Shown piece after piece: positions 46,884 to 50,772 of a DNA stretch of 50,772 nucleotides. How positions within the stretch are numbered: position 1 is the stretch's first letter; each line of letters begins with the position of its first letter. The notes under the pieces were generated by a model, which worked only from the letters and a program-made list of their open reading frames with translations, ran no database searches and was not told the DNA's origin. Position numbers and translations under genes: made by a program. This DNA comes from Tricharina praecox (taxonomy: Eukaryota): the NCBI RefSeq assembly GCF_024521635.1, contig NW_026250408.1, positions 1,488,001 through 1,538,772 of the forward strand, written 5' to 3'.

Positions 46884-49558
46884 GTTGGGTGCGGGTTGGC
46901 GAATCCGTGGTCGCTCCACTTTGTCGTAGCCTTCAATATCTCGGTCATGATGAGCCGCTGTGACGGGGGGCCTCCGTAGGTTCTTAAGGGCGGAGCCAGA
47001 AGCCGTGCACTGCGTCGAGATTGTCGTACCCTATCATGAATACTAGGTATGTTTCGTGGCTATGTGGGCATCCGCTGCGTTCCTATGTCGCCACTGTCAC
47101 ACATCGACGCAGGGGGGAAGGCAGGGACCGGGGGTTTCTCAGCTGCGACAGCACGGGTGCTGGGGGTGGTCGATGGTGAACATGCTGTTACATCCGAACC
47201 ATGAAGATGTGTGACGGGAAAAAAACGATCGCTTGTACCAGCATGTCACTGTCAGTGTCAGGATCCGAGTCTAGTATTGACCGGGAGTCGGGAGTACGTA
47301 CCTGGCCTCCCCGTCACTGCAGCGCACACGCCACTTACATGTTCCCCTGAAGACACGCGAGTTCGAGACACATCTAACTCAACGGGGAGTCATGGCCAAG
47401 GGTGACTATGTATGTACCAGTCAGTCAGGGCTTCAGGGTCAGCGTGCGGAATACTAGATACAAGGTACAGCAAGACTCGCACATACTCGCATAGACTCGC
47501 ACAGACTGGTGGGCGACGATCTGGTTATAGTACAGGATGGCTTCGATTGATTTCCAGCGATCAATGGCCGTCGTGAGAGAATCAGTGCGGCGGCGGCGGC
47601 CACTGGCCGAGGTTCCGTCGATGCCGATACGTCCGTGATGTTGCGGGGCCAATCCCACCCACCATTGCCGACCGATGGAGCAATGTCAGCACTCAGCGGC
47701 AGCAGCAGCATCAGCAAAAACAAGCGAGATATGTAGCGTCATTATGCCGGCGGTATCCGCCGTCCGGTGAGCCAACCGTGACAAAGTCCCCGATGGTCAT
47801 TTTTTGTTTACTGGCCGCGAATGGTGCGCTCGGAGAAGTGCGTAAGTGTTTTTCCAGCCCGACCACGACTGGGAATGTGGATCGCACGGCGGTGACAGGT
47901 TCTGCCTGTATACCAATAAGTAAAATGTATGTACCGTACTATATGTGAGCGTGGAATATTCTTCGAACGTCGCCGCTAACACACGACGGGAATGCGAGCT
48001 CACGCCTGAACTTTGAAGATATGTAGGTGTGGATGCAAATTAAGGGTATTCGACGAGTGGGTGGGTACGGTTGGAGCCTTACCCGCAGGGATTACCGCTG
48101 CCGCCGCGTCCGACGGAGGTCGATAACCGCCGAGTTTTCTGCACAGCACAGTACATAGATAGGTAGCGGCGGGATCTCTCTACCGGCGGGATCTTACTAT
48201 GGGTCGCGGCCGTCAACATGCGTTCAGTGGGGAGTCGTGCGAATCCTCCTACCGATCCATCCCATCTCATCTCCTGTATGTCGAAGATTCGGTAGTTTGC
48301 GCAGCGCCTCGCCTCGGGGCAGTTACAGATGGTAGTAACATGGAGGGGTTGTCGGAGATTCGCCAGGCAAGGCGGTGCAGCAGCGAATGGGGGAGGGTGG
48401 AGCGAAGGAGATGGGACATCGGATGCAATGTGGGCGTGGGATGAGTGACAGGATCTACCGAGCACCAGGGTCTCTAGAGTACAGAAAGAGGTAGATACCT
48501 GGCGGCCGTTCTGATGCGCGACGATCTGTGCCGCTACGGTACATACAGACGGGAACGTGACAAGTTGACAGGAGCGCGTGTCTCGTCGCCTCCGATCGTG
48601 ATCGATTCACCTCCGTTTAGTCTCCTCAAACAAGCGAGAGGTGTGTGGCCGCTGTCACAACCGCATTGGCGACTGGCGACTGGACTCCGCTTCCATCCCT
48701 CGTAGTTATTCCCTGGTAAATCTACTCCACTCAACAAACCAGGTAGGTAGTCGGTCAACGCGGTCATCCGTCGCAAAGATATTGCCCACTACCACCACGG
48801 CTACCACCACCGTGATTTCGCAGCAATTAAGCATAGTATGTACCTACATAGGAGAAGCATCTCCGTCAACTGCGGTCGCTGATCGGCTAACGGCACTGGC
48901 GGCGGCGAGCAATCGCACGACTACCACGGTACCACTACATACTCGGATATATTGCTGGACTGCGAGGAAGGCGTGACTACTGGATTACACATCGCCTGCC
49001 CCCTCGCTTGGGAGATTTGCCCTGCTAAATACACCGTCGCAGATTGACAACTCGGTGACGGGTGCTATTATTTATGTAGTGTATGTATTGGATGTGCTTG
49101 CCGCATGTTTGGGGGAGGGGGGGCCTGTCCCCAACTTGGCAGGCTGAAAACAATGCCTGCCTCAACCCGGTTTTACCCAACCACAGCACTCATGCACGAG
49201 AATCGGAAGTGCTGTAGAGTAGTGATAGGGCGATGGAGCAGACACGAAAGCACCTGTCGCGGGGCCGAAGAAAAAGGGCCATTTATTACTTACATACTGA
49301 AGTAGTATCAAAACAGTTTGCGTGGTGTGCTCGATGAATATCACGTGCCTCTACTGTTTTCAGAAGTGCCTAAAGAGGAAACACGAGTGAGCCGCTGTGC
49401 GAAGAGCCTGGAAACTTGTCAGTCAGCAGTCCCCAGTCCATCCGACCAGCTCGCTTGTATAGAGCAAGGCTTAAGCACCGTTCGATTGAAACACAGTGAA
49501 GCAGAATCGCTCGGATTGTTCATAACATCGCCGAACGAAAAATACGATCGTATGTAGT

Positions 49559-50610
49559 TGTTCTAGCCTGCCGGGCAAAACTAGTATTTTATAAATGGAC
49601 CGGCCACCAGACCGAGTGACCGGCCACCAGACCGAGTGACCGGCCCCCAGCCGAAGTGACTGGATATACGAAGTGACCGGACTGTGGGGAATATTTATAC
49701 GGGCAGACTGGTCTCCTCGCATATTGGTGAGGAGGCCAGTCTGTTCGCAAATTCCCGGCGCTACTCGGTAACTAAAACGTTTTGGGGTGCCAGTAAAGAA
49801 AATATTTTTCTCGCTACCATGAAAGAACCGTTTCTCTTGCCACCACAAATGGACAAATATCACTTTTGACACATTTAATATTCGGCTTCACATCTTCAAG
49901 CATCATGCCTTTACATATCACATAATCACCGCCCTTACTGTGATGGTACTAGAAGCTACAGATGCCTCTTCCGAACTTTCCAGTATTGATGGACAGAACT
50001 GAGAATACTCCACGAGTCGCCGCTGTTTTACCAGCACCCGCAACAAGCCGCCGCAGTCTCCTCTCAGGTTCCCAAGCAGCAGTCGCCTCCAAGGTGCCCA
50101 AGCGGCATCCAGCCAGAATAGGGCTCGGCCTACTAGCAACACAACGAAAGTCATCTGTAGCACTGGTTATATTCAGGGCAGCTGGAGGGGAAACTCCTGG
50201 GCAAAACATTGGACGGGTGTTGAGAAAGAGAAAAAGAGTGCACGGCTGAGGGGACGATGACTTGTAGATTCACCTCAGCGCCGTGTAAAGATTTGAGTAG
50301 GTATTGACTCGATAGAACATTATTGACTGCTGATAGTATACTTCAATCCATCGCCGTAAATGTGATGCCCACGGATATGCACATAAAGCATGTCCGGCAG
50401 GCTGGTCTACTCGTAAAATATTCCCGGTGGATTGGCCAGGCGACCAAAATCACCCAGCAGGCCGGTCTATCGGGTTAAAAACTATCTGCAGAGACCGGTC
50501 TATCCAGAATATTTTCTGACTCGGCAGTCTGGTCAGATCGCATATCCAGTCATTTGCCCCCCGGGCTGGTCTATTTATAAAAAACCCATTTTGCCCGGCA
50601 GGCTAGAACA
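49559..50610. mobile_element. Non-autonomous TIR DNA transposon (MITE-like, 1052 bp) with TGT...ACA ends and a 4-bp TAGT target site duplication; Ginger-like termini
   Basis: Perfect 22-bp terminal inverted repeat TGTTCTAGCCTGCCGGGCAAAA that continues imperfectly for ~150 bp. TAGT directly flanks both ends (49555-49558 and 50611-50614). Subterminal 20-bp tandem repeats gaccggccaccagaccgagt. No transposase ORF. Confidence 0.9.
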
Positions 50611-50772
50611 TAGTCAATCGCGGGTAATTCATTAGCCATGAAAAACATCAGACTCCCTGCCTGTAACCATGCAAGCAGACCGTGAGGGTTTCCTACTCAC
50701 ACACACGGTGCCCAGTACGTACCTACATAATGTACCCAGTACTGACTTAACCCTCATCCTGAGCCAGCCGCT

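Noticed and set aside
49598..49660. Short regularly spaced repeats resembling a CRISPR-like array
   Set aside because: Tandem subterminal repeats of the TIR element with no unique spacers, in a eukaryotic context.

Overview
Eukaryotic genomic DNA from a filamentous ascomycete. Short GT-AG introns with CTRAC/CTAAC branch points support this; Pezizomycetes is only a guess. The left ~22 kb holds ordinary genes: a type II NADH dehydrogenase (running off the left edge), a hypothetical protein, a long Pro-rich DUF6594-type membrane protein, a cytochrome P450, an atypical membrane-anchored kinase, a cyclophilin and mitochondrial GatB/Pet112. From ~22.5 kb the window becomes an accessory, repeat-rich region. 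Its main feature is a cluster of immunity-related GTPase (IRG/IIGP)-like genes: three intact, intron-containing paralogs plus a fourth, decayed copy that the ORF track shows only as fragments. The paralogs differ in N-terminal myristoylation signal, coiled-coil length, G4 motif (SKAD versus SKAN) and C-terminal tail, and one copy keeps a homologous tail behind an in-frame UAG. The region also has a GPI-anchored Ser/Thr-rich protein, an intronless secreted bacterial-type D-Ala-D-Ala dipeptidase (VanX/DdpX family), a PTH11-like receptor, duplicated relics with acidic ORFs, and a 1052-bp TGT...ACA terminal-inverted-repeat element with a 4-bp target site duplication. All family calls come from manual motif recognition; no searches were run.
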